This document shows positions 13,801-26,600 of a DNA stretch of 64,000 nt, in pieces; within the stretch, counting starts at the first letter, position 1, and each line of letters starts with the position of its first letter. The DNA is from Phoronis australis. Its lineage: Eukaryota > Animalia > Phoronida. Position numbers and translations under genes: made by a program. Below the pieces are notes generated by a model. It ran no database searches and had not been told where the DNA came from. It was given only the letters and a program-made list of their open reading frames with translations. The stretch covers positions 124,001 to 188,000 of the forward strand of contig NMRA01000632.1 in the NCBI GenBank assembly GCA_002633005.1, given 5' to 3'.

Positions 13801-16800
13801 CATATTAGGCATGCGACAATAAATCGTGTCACTCACCACATGAGTAATTCTTCCTCAAAATATAATTGTCAAGTTGAACCTGCAACGAAAGCATGAAAAT
13901 TTGAGACATCCAGTTGAGAAAACAGATCACGTTTTAGTCTAACACTGGAATAAAAAGTTACAAAAAATTAGCGACGTTGCGTCCGCATCTCACGAACTTC
14001 AGGTTGGCTTGTGACGTTATCGTTATTCTGGCCAATTGGTGGCGTTTTGGCTAAAAGGCGCGGCATTGGCGTCAGAACATCATCCCATACGAGTGACAAA
14101 TCGAATCGTAAACCGCCTCTTTTATTTAAAGAGGGACTCTCAGTGCGCTCATGGAGAGCTGCCTTTACATCCCTTTTGAACCAGTCTTCCTCACAGTCTA
14201 AGATAGTAACATCATCCGTATTGAAATCATGTCCAGTGGCGCACATGGGGCTAAAAATAGCCGAATCATAAGTGTCCCCGTAACTAGAGCGACGATGTTG
14301 TGACATGCGCATTTTAAGGAAGGACTTGGAGTCGCTCCCTGCAACTAGCCTATAAGTCATAATTGTAGCATCTAGAATGCACTTGGTGGCTCGAAGTCAC
14401 TGTACAATTATCAATGACCTGTAAGGGCCATGCGAAAAATGGAACCGTGTGCGAGCCTGAGAGCATTTCTCACGAAAAATTGGAAGTAAATCGGAAAAGT
14501 ACGACAAAATATGGAGCAGAGAGATCAAAACGGTGACAAAATGACACAACGGCCTCTAGCAATGCAAATCCTATACTCCAGTTATAGTCTGAAAATCGGC
14601 CAAATCGATAGAAATTACACAAAACCGAACATGCGAACTGCCTACGTTACCCCCACATACGTATCTCCCGTGGTCCTGGTAATGGTACATGTGTCTGTTG
14701 AGATAGAATGGTTATAATAAGTCTGTCAGCAGCTCATCTTACTCTGTGGCAGTATTTTCAATTAGTTGAATCGCACGTTCAACATGTATCCTTACGCTAG
14801 TCACTTTTCTGTTCTCTTCTTCTGCTGGTGAAAGCTGACTCTTTCCCAGCAAGAAAGACAGAATACTTTCTTTGCTGCCAGGTATTCATCCATTACAAAT
14901 CCTTGGTCTGTCATCACTTAGCCGACCTCGTACAAATGTTTTATCAACCCACTGCCTTCATGATTTTGTCACTTATTTGACCTGGTGCTAAGTCGCTCAC
15001 AAATGAATAATCTATCAGGCGCATTACCAACAAGGCCCATGGCAGTATTGTGCCACTTATATTAAGAGTGCGTCTCACCTTGCCACGAAAATGTGACGGC
15101 ACTTTTACGAAGATTTCAATGCAGAAAGACCCTCGTTGACACGTAATTCAGATTAAAGCAATATGGTAAGTTTTTCACCGTTTCTCAGGACACAAATGGC
15201 ATCTTCCGAAGTCGGCGATACGTCATGTCAATGTAGTCCTGGATACTGTGGACCTAAAAAACATTAGCATTGCACAACCTACTATTTGAATCTTCTTACA
15301 ATAACACGAAACACATAGTGTACAACAAAATGCCGCACAAGTTTCGAAGGTAAAAATGACATGTCGGTTACTTTTTGTAGTCGTGTAAGGGGTAGCGGCT
15401 GGGCCTTGTACTTCCTTGTCAGCCACTGCATCTGCATTCGAACTTTGTTACGACGTGCCCTGCTACGAACACTTAAAGCGATATAAGATACAAACTTCCA
15501 AGTCTATTTTACTTCACATGTACATGTACATGTACATGTACATGTATGTATGTAACTGTAGGACTACCCAGATTACGACGAACTATCGTCATGTCGTACA
15601 GATTTTGAAGAACTTTAGACGTCCGTTTTAAATACCACGGAAGTTTGACTGTAATACGTAACATTGTACCATCAGATTTTCGTCACGGTGAGAAAGTTTT
15701 CGATGCTTAGTTCGGGTTTTATCCTTATGAGGTCTCTAGTAGTTCACGATTTCGAAATCTGTACAAGTCAAGAAGTACTTCATAAGAAGCAAACCCATGT
15801 AAAGTTCAGAAGCTGTCTCGCGGCTAGAAAAATACACAGCATTATCTCGCGAAGTCATGCTTTTCTAACGAGATCCTAGCGAGGTCCTAACGAGGTCACT
15901 GAACTCTATCCCGGTGTACCATCTCAGAAGAGTTTGTACTTGATATAGCCCATTGAAACCATACCGTGGCTTATGTCTCTTCTGTAATTTTTTAATGACA
16001 TGCTCAATGTGTGACATTTTTTTTTGCTTTGAGTTTTTAGAGTACAGACTAAAAGTTTCTGGTTCTTATTTTCAATTTTCAGTCGTTTGGTTTCATTTTC
16101 CAATACAACTATTATTGTGACTCATTTCACCGACAACAGCAGTCTTCGACTTCAAAGCAAAGGTCTACTTTCCAACCACAATTGCACTCGATATGGTGGT
16201 ATAACTGTAGAGCTGGAGCCGCCATTTTCTTTTTCTTGAGTTCAACATTATCGGCAATGTCGACAATTGTAGTGAGCATAGTATGCATTTTAATGTATAT
16301 GTTGTGCGAGGTGTCTGTCTCTTTAACGGTGAGCACATTAACCATACAAGTTTTCTTCTCTCTGAGCGAAATGTTCTCTGCAAGTACGGTGTCTCGTTTT
16401 CAATTCGCTGGTTTTCCTTGCTTCTTTGCTTTCCAGTGTTTTTTTCATCCGTTTTTCTTAAACTAGCATCGTTAGAAAAAACTTAAAATGGCATGTCTAT
16501 TCTTTTTGTTGCTTCTGTAGCAACCTCGCAACCAAGCATCTTCGACCACAGCCCAATACCGTGATGGCTACACATCCCACAGTGCAATGCGACGCCAGGA
16601 ATCGATATGTCAGATTCATAACTCCAATATCTCCCCATTTTAAAAGCAGTAATTATCGTGGTACTGACACTTTATAAACCATAAATTTGTAAATGTTTGT
16701 AATAAAGTGGATTTTCCATGTAAGTTGGATTTCATTTTGCTAAAGTCTTTTAAAAGATATTAAAAACTGCTTTAGGGATTTCAACCAGATCTGGTTCTTT

Positions 16801-19800
16801 CACCAGAGATAGTAGCATCATTCAACTAAACAGTATCTCTATAGACATACTATACTTCCTGTGGCTCGAGGGTGAACAGTCTTGCAACAGCTCATAGCGT
16901 TAGTAACGGTTATCGGTTTAACAATAGTTTGTGAAGTGTTCTCAAAGTTGTTCCAAACTTTGAGTGCTAATAAATGCTACATGATAATATTCTGTTTCAA
17001 AGATATAAGCTATCTAGTCGTAGTTATTTCCTGTTAACAGGCGAAAACAGGGTTTCGTGTCTCTCTAAGAACTAAGTAGTCTATATCAGAAGATGTCTGG
17101 GAAAAGTGCGTTCCAAGGATGTTGCTACGAGTTTAAAATTATTACAAGGAATGAAACGTTTTATAGTTACTGAATCGAATCAAAGTTAAAGACGATTGTC
17201 CGGATACCTATTTCAGTGACTAATTTACTGCAAGAATGTATTAAATCATAACAAAATGTAATGGAAATTTCTGACGTTTTAGACCGTTTTACCACTAACG
17301 GAGCGGATACGATCCGGAACATTCGGTCACATCAGAACAGCCTCCCGTTCAGTAACGCTAGGACCTCGCTAAAAAGCAAGACTTCGCGAGATTACGTGAG
17401 ATATTGCCGTGCATTTTAAATGAGAGCACGTGACTTTGACTAGGTTTTAGGTAGGACTTAGCGTAGGTCCTAGCGTCTACTGAACGCACGCCAGCTTAGC
17501 TCACTAACTTTCCTGTTATTCCCATTCATTCTCGGCCACGAGAGATGACTACTCGGACGATGAATTCAACTTCCGTCCAACCGTCGTAACGGGGAATTCT
17601 GGGTCATTTTGTCTGACTACCTTTGGCTTGTATAATTGGTCTTGGTAACCAGTCTGATTCACCATTCATTCTCTTAACTCAAATTTATTATACTTTGTCT
17701 CATACTATAAACTTCAGTGGTTTAACGTGACCACTAAATTATGCTTTATTTCCCATCGTCGACTTCAAATTAATCCCACGGCAAGTAATTTCCTTCTTTA
17801 ATGAGTTTGTTAGAACACATTATTTGCTTGGTCGACCTAAGAGAGCTTATGTTAGACTCAAGGAGTTATTCTCAGTGGAAATATGTGTGATAACTTCAAA
17901 ATGAGGTGTTCAGGTCTTGTTTGCAATACTAGTCAATACGAGAGATTAAAGCTTATTACTAGACTGAATCGTATCCATGTTAAAGGAACGTTTTCGGTTT
18001 TATGGCCGCAACACACATTTTAGAATTACTGTTGGAGTTATTAGCTTTAACCAAAACAACAAAATTCGTTGTGTTTTGGTGATTTTTTACAAATTGATGA
18101 TTTTCGCCGTCTACTAAACATTGTCTGAGATCAATTAAGGTAGATGACTTTGCAGTTAAATACACTTACAGTGTATACCATGGTCTTCCATTTATCCAAA
18201 GCAGTAGTTTAGCAACACTAGCAAAGTGTGAGACCGTGTTGGATTCCACTTGTCAAGACGGTCTTATTTGGCGATTGAATTGAAAGCAAAGGCTGCATTA
18301 AACCTGAGCATTCTGTCAGAAATGAGCTTTCCATTTAGCAACCTACTTACTGTTATAAAATCGTCTTCAGATCTTTCTCCATAATCAAATTAGATTTGAG
18401 AACAGCCAACATTTCGTTATTGCTTGTTTCTCGTCAAAGGGTCATCGAAGAAAAATGGCTGTTGCGGGAATATTCGAGCCTTGCGTTTTACTGCAGACAA
18501 TTTCAATTCAAACAAAGAATAAGAACGCAATGAGGTTGCTTTGAGTGATGAAATGCGTCTGTTAAGAAAATCGTTTTTGACACAAGAATCTGGTTTATTA
18601 GGACTTTAAATGAAACGTGGTTTAAATGTTTTAGATATGAAACACGTTTCACATATTGGGCAGTCCTTTTGTGTCAATAGGCCTACGTTCGCAAAGTACA
18701 CACACGTGTATCCGAAATTTGATATTCTTAGATCGGAACTGTATTTTATTCTGAATCAATTTTGCATATGAGTAGTTGATTAATTTCACAAATAGTTCAA
18801 CATCAAAAAGTAAACTTATATTCTTTAACGATGCTAAAAAAGTCACCCGCTTGGAGCGCTGCTTCTCGTGACGTAGTTGATCGGGTTAAGTCAGTGTCCT
18901 ATTTTAGCGTGAAGTCAAGTGGTGTTTTTCAAATTGCCGTAATAAGAAATGTCGGGTCACCAGGGAAACCTGTTTGAGCTGAGGCAACACAAAGTGATAC
19001 TTAGCCAGTCAGCTAGCTGTATAAAGACTATCGTCAAAATACAGCTAGGTACCACTGTGTGTTTTTCTTCCGTAGGCCCCGAAACTGTACACAGCCAGGG
19101 TAGTTCTGCTCGTCAACTTGCCGTGAAACCTGTATCAACATGTCGACCGGACGGGGTGCATGCAAAATTTGGGAATCAAACGACACTCACCTTGCCAGTT
19201 ACAGCCATTTAAGTGAAAAACAATCTAATCAACGTCATTTTCTTGCGTAATCCTCCACCTTTTTAAAATGAAAGTTATCTCGTCGTTTCGAAAACAATAC
19301 GCTCGTGACACGCGCACGCACCATTTCCTAATTTTTTGCGACATCTCTCTTGGCAGCAGCAAAATTTCTTCTGAAATTCGGTTTGCTGGTATCAAAATTC
19401 TAAAAACTTGTAATGAAGTGAAACCAGTCCCTATGATTTGTTGTGATATCTATGCAATCTCGTGGAAGAAGGACAATTGATTGAAGAATAGGCGAAAAAA
19501 CCAAACTGGCCAATAGGTGACGTAATATTTCACGGCGCCGAACGCCGACGCAGAGGATCACTCGACAACTTTTAGTTAGCAGCAGAATAACGGTAGAACA
19601 CCATTTTTTCAACACCGTTAAATAATTTAGTTTACTCAAGGAAAACTGTAGTTTTAATGACACTAATTTTGTGTCAGATTTTATCTTACCACTTTTTTAC
19701 CCACATCGGCGCAAAGCTGTAAATTTAGTGTACAGATTTGCACCAAGGCTACGTTAGACCTAGCCAGCCAGCTAGCTGTATGAAGACTGTCGTCAAAATA

Positions 19801-22800
19801 CAGCTACTAGGTACCATTGTGTGTATTTCTTCCGTAGACCCCGAAATTGCACACAGCCAGGGTAGTTCTGCTCGTCACCTCGCCGTGAAACTTGTATAAA
19901 CATGTAAAGCTAAAGACCAGACGAGGTGCATGCAAAATCTAGGAATCAACCGACACTCACCTTGCCCGTTAGAGCCGTTTAAGTGAAAAACAATGCAAAA
20001 ACGTCATTTTCTTGCGTAACTTTCCGCCTTTTCTGACAATGAAAAGTATGTCGTCGTTTTGAAAACAGTACGCTTGTGTCACGCGCACGCGCCATTTCCT
20101 AAATTTTTGCGACATCTCTTGGGAGATAATGATAGCTTGGCAGCAGCAAAATTTGTTCTGAAATTTGGTTTTTCCGTATCGAAATTCTAAAAACTTATAA
20201 TGAAATGAAACCAGTTCAATAATTTGTTGTGACGTGTACACAACCTCGTGAAAGAACAACAGTTTATTGAGGAATCGGTGAAAAAACAAACTGGACAATA
20301 GGTGACGCAATATTTCATGGCGCCGAAAGCCGACGCAGAAGATCGCTCCACAACTTTAGCAGCAGAATAACGGTAGAACGCCTTTTTTCCAACACCGTTA
20401 AATAATTTAGTTTATTCAAGGAAGACTGAAGTTTTTAATGACACTAATTTTGTGTCAGAGTTTATCTTACCACTTTTTTGTCCACATCGGTGCAAAGCTA
20501 TAAATTTAGTATACAGCTTTGTACCCAGGCTACGTTAGACCCCACAATTCCACACAGCTCGTTGTCTACGCGGGTATAGTTAACTTATGCTCGTCACCTC
20601 GTCGTAAAACTTACATCAACATATAGAGCTAACTGACCGGCGGGGGTACATGCATAATCTGCTAGTCAACCGACACTCACCTTATTCCTTCAGCCGTTTA
20701 AGTGGAAAACAATCAAATAAACGTCATTTCTTGCATAATTCGCCGTCTTTGTAACAAAAAAGTGTGTCGCCCGTTTCAAAAACAGCATGCTCGTGGCACG
20801 GCGCTCGCGCCACTTCCTAAAACTTTGCGACGGTCTTTCGGGAGATGATGACAGCTTTGCAGCAGCGAGGTTTGTTCTAAAATTCCCTTGGCTGTGGTAT
20901 TAAAATACTAAAAACTTGTAACGAAATGAAACAAGTTCCGATAATTTGTTGTGACATGTACACAACCTTATGCCGGCAGCGAAGAACAGTTGATGAAAGA
21001 ATTGGGGGAAAAGAAACTGGTAAAGGTCAGGTGACGTAATCGCCAAAAGCCGACTCAAGAGAACGCATCACAATTTTAGCAACAGCCCGTTACCGACAGC
21101 TAACTTTTCCAACACCGGTAGATAAGTTAGTTTAGGCCTGTTCAAGGATGAGAGAAGGTTTAATGACGCTCATTTTGACTTTATTTGTCCACTTTTTACC
21201 CATATCGGCGCAAACATGTATATTTAGTATACAGCTTCGGGCCAAGGCTTGGGCAACCCGGCGTTGTTATGCGATGACCATCCCCTCAGAAGACACATTT
21301 TTCGAAGAGTTCGAACAACCAGGAGCCATACAAAAAAGAATGGCGAACCTTTTACAGCAATGTGGCAAACAGTAAAAATGCAATGATAAAATACGATGAA
21401 AACTCTTCACAATATGGCACAGCAATATGTGATAATTAGTCAAGACCCCACCAGCCATGTCACTGACGTCAGCCAATCAGCGATCTGTCAGGATTTCAGT
21501 ATTTTGACAATAACTATGAATGAGCTTTTGTTTAGCGCGCAACTCGGGCATATGTGATATTTATTTTTATGTTAGAACCGGTTAACTGCTGCATTATTTT
21601 TACCACAGTGCCCTTTTAAGGATAGTTTGTACTGTAGTTGATGTCTCTGTTGAGATGAGAGTTCGTCAGGAGTTAATTATAACACTCGTTTTATCTTGTT
21701 CAAACGAATGCAGCTATCTCACGTTACTCGCCGTTAGCATCTAGGGAATATAGTCTTCGTATCCGGATTATTACACATCGTCAATCTTGTGAATGATGGC
21801 TTATGTATATTGGTTAAAGACTTCCGGTGACTTTTACCTACAGAGCCGGTTACGATTACTTTATTCTAGTGTAAGTGGAAACTGTATCTTGGGAGCATAT
21901 GAAAACTACTATGAAATTGTCAACTGCTATAAATGCTATTTTTGATTTAAACCACTCACCGTTTTAATATTGTTCCATACTCAGATTAGATTTCTGGGTT
22001 TGGAAGAACATAACGTGTTTTGGCCGTGGTAGACCGGCCCTGAAATCATCTCCTCATTTTCGGGTCCGTCGAAATTCCTGACTTAACCACATGCCTTTAT
22101 TTGGCCGGTAACATGCTATTTCACGCTAATACACATTAGCTGATGGCGTCAAGTTAAGATAGGAGTTGCCTAACAAACAACACGTCTGTTTTCACTTTTT
22201 CCTTCTTCTGGTGGATTTTTTAGTTTCAAAATTAATAGAAGATTCGAAATCTTCATAAAATTTTGACCTCCGTGCGTGCTCTCCTCGTAAATATCGGTGA
22301 AGTTTCAGCTGAGGTCACTTGGGTCAGATCAGCCGGAGTTGAAGTAATTTTAATATTACTACGCGGTAAAGCGGTTTCGAATTTTATATTCCGTAAAAAT
22401 TTAAATTACACTGATAATTTCAAAGTAAATACACAGAAATGAGCGTGGAATATCAGAAAACCTGAGTTAAAATTCCTGAGAAAGTAACAAATTTCATGAA
22501 TTTATGAATCCGCAACGGTCTGTTTTGCACAGTGCCACAGTATTCTAAGTAATCCGTTCTCGTGGGTGTCGTGTATTGCAAAGTTTCGTCATTTTTTGCC
22601 GTTTGAAAATGAGAGCAACGGGAGACCGTGTTCAACCACATAGTTACATTTTTTGTCGTAAAGCGAAAATCCCGATGAACCTAATTTCAAAACTTACGAT
22701 TTTTGTCGGAGTCGTGGCGAAAATCCGGAAGGAAAGGCGTTGGACGAAAAATGACACTAAAATTGTCGGAAATTTACCAAAACTTTTTGCTTCAAAATTC

Positions 22801-23583
22801 CATCTATTTTCTACGAGAATTATCGTGAACTTTTTAAGACCACCATATTACCATCGATGCTGAAGAGGGGTTCGACCGCGAGATAGTTATTTGGTGATTA
22901 TACCATCCACAAACACGCGTGTGTTCAAGTTTTCATGTTCAGTTAAAAACGAATTGTTCAAAAGTATATTGGAGCGACCGAACGTTATAAACGACAGGTA
23001 CGTTGTAATGCTACTCGATTGTGCTTTTCCTGAACCTTTTAATTCTGTAGATATAGGTTTAACTAAACAGACTTGTCGAAAAAGTGCTGTACTGTATAAA
23101 CGTAAAGTAGCGCGGTGTCATTGAATCGTAAATTTGGCCGCCGAAAAAAAGTTTTCAAATATGAATGTTGTGTTGACGTTCAAGACATCTCACCATTCAC
23201 TTTAAAGTAGTTCTATTGCCAGACCAGGCTAAATTGTCATGTTTGTTGCCCCGACAGCCGAGTGCCTAATGAACTATTGAAATCGTTGATAAAAGCGTGT
23301 CAAGTTTATAGTCCCTGTAACCCCTGAGATTCTATCACGATCATTTCACGTTATGATCTGTCTGGTTGTCCGTGCCGGCAGAGATCTCATAGAGGGCATA
23401 AACGTGATTACCTGTCATTGCAGAAATCATTTCTAATCTGAAGAAGAAACACTTAGTGGTCACTTATATCAGACTAATTATAAATGGTTGAAGTCGATGG
23501 TTATTTTCAGAGCCTCCTTGATAACACGCAGAATAATTTCGTAGTAACTGTCACAGCTGCCGATAATGCCGATAATGCTGCTA

Positions 23584-23652
<69 letters not shown>

Positions 23653-26600
23653 ACAATTGCTGATCCTCTTGCCTTTTCTGCTGCCGCTGGTGTGACCGCA
23701 GTAATTTCGATGATGTATGTTTAGACCAAATGACAGGAAAGTAACTTTGCCACACACGATATTTGCCCCTGGTACTGCCCTATTGGTTTTTTATCGTGTA
23801 TTGACTGTGGTATTTATGAATGACTCTCGATCTTAGTTCATTATTTAGTTTCGTCCAGGTCTAAGTGCAGTTGTTTATAAATCATGTTTTCTATATCAAT
23901 TTGAAATTACTTGGATGTGTAATACTCATTCTATTGTGGTTCGCTGTTGCTATCCAGTCATGTAACACAGGAAGCACGTTTTCGCCAATACATAACCAGT
24001 GCATCAAACAGTTCTTCGCCAATACATAACCAGTGCATCAAACAGTTCTTGTTTCAGCGTTTCTCATTTGACTTATCTCTTTATGTGCGCCAAGATACTT
24101 TGTTCGCCCATAAACACATTTTATTGCATTAGGAGGTTGATTTTGTGTTGAGGATTATTTCCTTATCAAACTGCAGATAATTGAAATTGCCGTCTTTTAA
24201 TTAATTTCATTAATGTACGTAAAAATAATAGATGACACTACTGCCCAGAAATCGATTCAGTGTTATATCTGGGCCACAGGAACCATGGACTTACATTACC
24301 ATGTAAGACCTTTACAGGAACAGCATATTGCTTCATTAAATTATTTAGGTCAAACAATACAAAACCTTATACATTAAGGTCTTCAGTTACTCATGCAAAT
24401 TAGGTCAAGAATATCTTTGCATAGGTGACATTGATAACGAGTTACAATGTAGTATGACAATGTGTGAAACTGCTATGGCCGGTGGGGAAAATTGAGAACT
24501 TTACTTAAACAAGCAATAAGTGATAGATATTATGAGGTTAAAAATCTTGAGAACCAATTGTTATTAATTTGTTTTATCATAGAGAGCATCTACTCAGTGC
24601 AGAATAACGGAATGCGCAGGTGGCTATGGATAGTGAAGTTAAAATACTGACGCCCACAATGATGCCGCACTGTGGAGAAATATTCAGAAAGTCTGAAAGT
24701 TTTGTACGAGTTTAACGATAATCCTCTTCTGAATCTCTTCATGCAAATATCCTTGATACAACGTATTTGATCGAAGATAGTCAGAGGAATCATGATATTA
24801 TACCCCTGAAAGTGACGATGAAACAGAATTACTGGATTCGAACCCCAACCTTTTCAGACTTAGCTATAGGTCACGTGATGCGCCCAACCTATGGCGCCCG
24901 TGAAGACAATAATTTTTGTTTACAACGTTTGTTATGTGATTGGTTTTCTGCTCCCAACCTGCACCTATGCGGACATAGGTGAAATTAAGAAAGGTCCTAA
25001 CGTTACTGAACGGAGCGAAGGAAGCTCGTGTGCTTAAGTACTTTGCTTGTAATACATGGCGATATCTCGCGAAATCTTGCGGTATCTTGAGTTTTCGCTA
25101 GGTACTCGCGTCAACGGTACGCACACCAGGTCTCATGTTCTGCCGCCAGTGCTTAATTGTCAAACAGGTATATTGTTTACATTTGTTTAGAACTTTTAAT
25201 GTGTAAATGACTGAATGCAGTCTCATCCGCAGTGACAGTTTAGATAGACCAGGTGAGATCCTCAACTTTCAGAGATGGAACCAGTAACAGTAAATGCGTT
25301 CTTTACTGCAATCTTTAATGTCCAACCTTAGCAAATTCCAGCGCTATCTGCTGGGGGAGTGGCAAATTATATCACCATAATCAAAATAGGGTCGTGCAAA
25401 GGATTTGGAAATCTATTGAAGGTGTGGCGAATAGGTAACATTCGACATTCGTCTCGATTGTTTTCCGAGAGCACGAAAGCGACTTTCGTTTAGCCCATAA
25501 ATTCTGGTATGCAAGACGGGTCAAGGTGACAGTGAAACACACACAATTTTTTATTTACGGATATTTTGAGACGTAAGTCATTTTCATAGAAATCGTTTAA
25601 TAACCCCGCAAAGGGCAATTTGACCACACAGGGTTTGTTTGTGAAACCTCACCGGAGAGCGCTCTCCAGCTAACTATCGACTATTGACATATAGCGAAAG
25701 GCCTTATTTCATGATGTCGCCTCTATGCAACGATGGTTCGATTCAAGTTCATTGGGTTGATCAGCATCTGCATTCTCTGCAGACGAGCGCGACAGTGTGG
25801 TTCAAAGCAGAAATTCTCATCCAATACGTCCTAAATGTTTATGTACAGGTTTCAGATCGCAAATTGAGTATCCCTTTTTCAAACTGGAACACGAGAACGA
25901 CTCTGTTCTCAAACTCGAAGTTCATGGCGTAACTTATGTGTCTAGTAATCCAGAATTGCACAAAGGCATGCGGGTTGTCTTTGACACTTGTTAAAATACA
26001 ATAATATAATTGGCGTATATAAAAGTTTGTAACCGGTGTCTATATAGCTAGGCAAGTCATTGCCTTGTGATAGCAAAGATTATACACAACAGACTCCGAT
26101 ATCGACATTCCCAATGGAGACACCCGTCTCTTCCAATGTACAACTCAGCTTCCGGTTAGACTAATACCTATAGCAGAGACTGACTAGACGGCTCCGATCT
26201 GTCGTGTGTGTCATAACGTCAAGACAAAGTAACTTAGCAACGAACATTGGCCATCCTAACAGGGGAACAGGTTGCTCCCATCATCACAATAACTGTTTTT
26301 TTACGTTTAGCTCCATGTTGGTGTCCGCTAGTGTTGCAGTAAATGCGCAATACTGATGCGTACACCTATCAGGCAGTCTCCTCACGTGACGTTCCTGATA
26401 TGGAAGGCACTACAGTCAAGAATTTATGTGTTTTCGGCTTGAATGAAACCAGCCTCCCGTCCAGTAACGCTAGGACCTCGCTAAAAAGCAAGACTTCGCG
26501 AGATTACGTGAGATATTGCCGTGTATTTTAAATAAGAACACGTGACTTTGGCTAGATTTTAACCAGGTCCTAGCATAGGTCCTAACGTTACTGAACGCAC

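Noticed and set aside
23578-23651. Poly-Ala/Gln coding tract
   Set aside because: Intronic, with no flanking splice sites or extended ORF.
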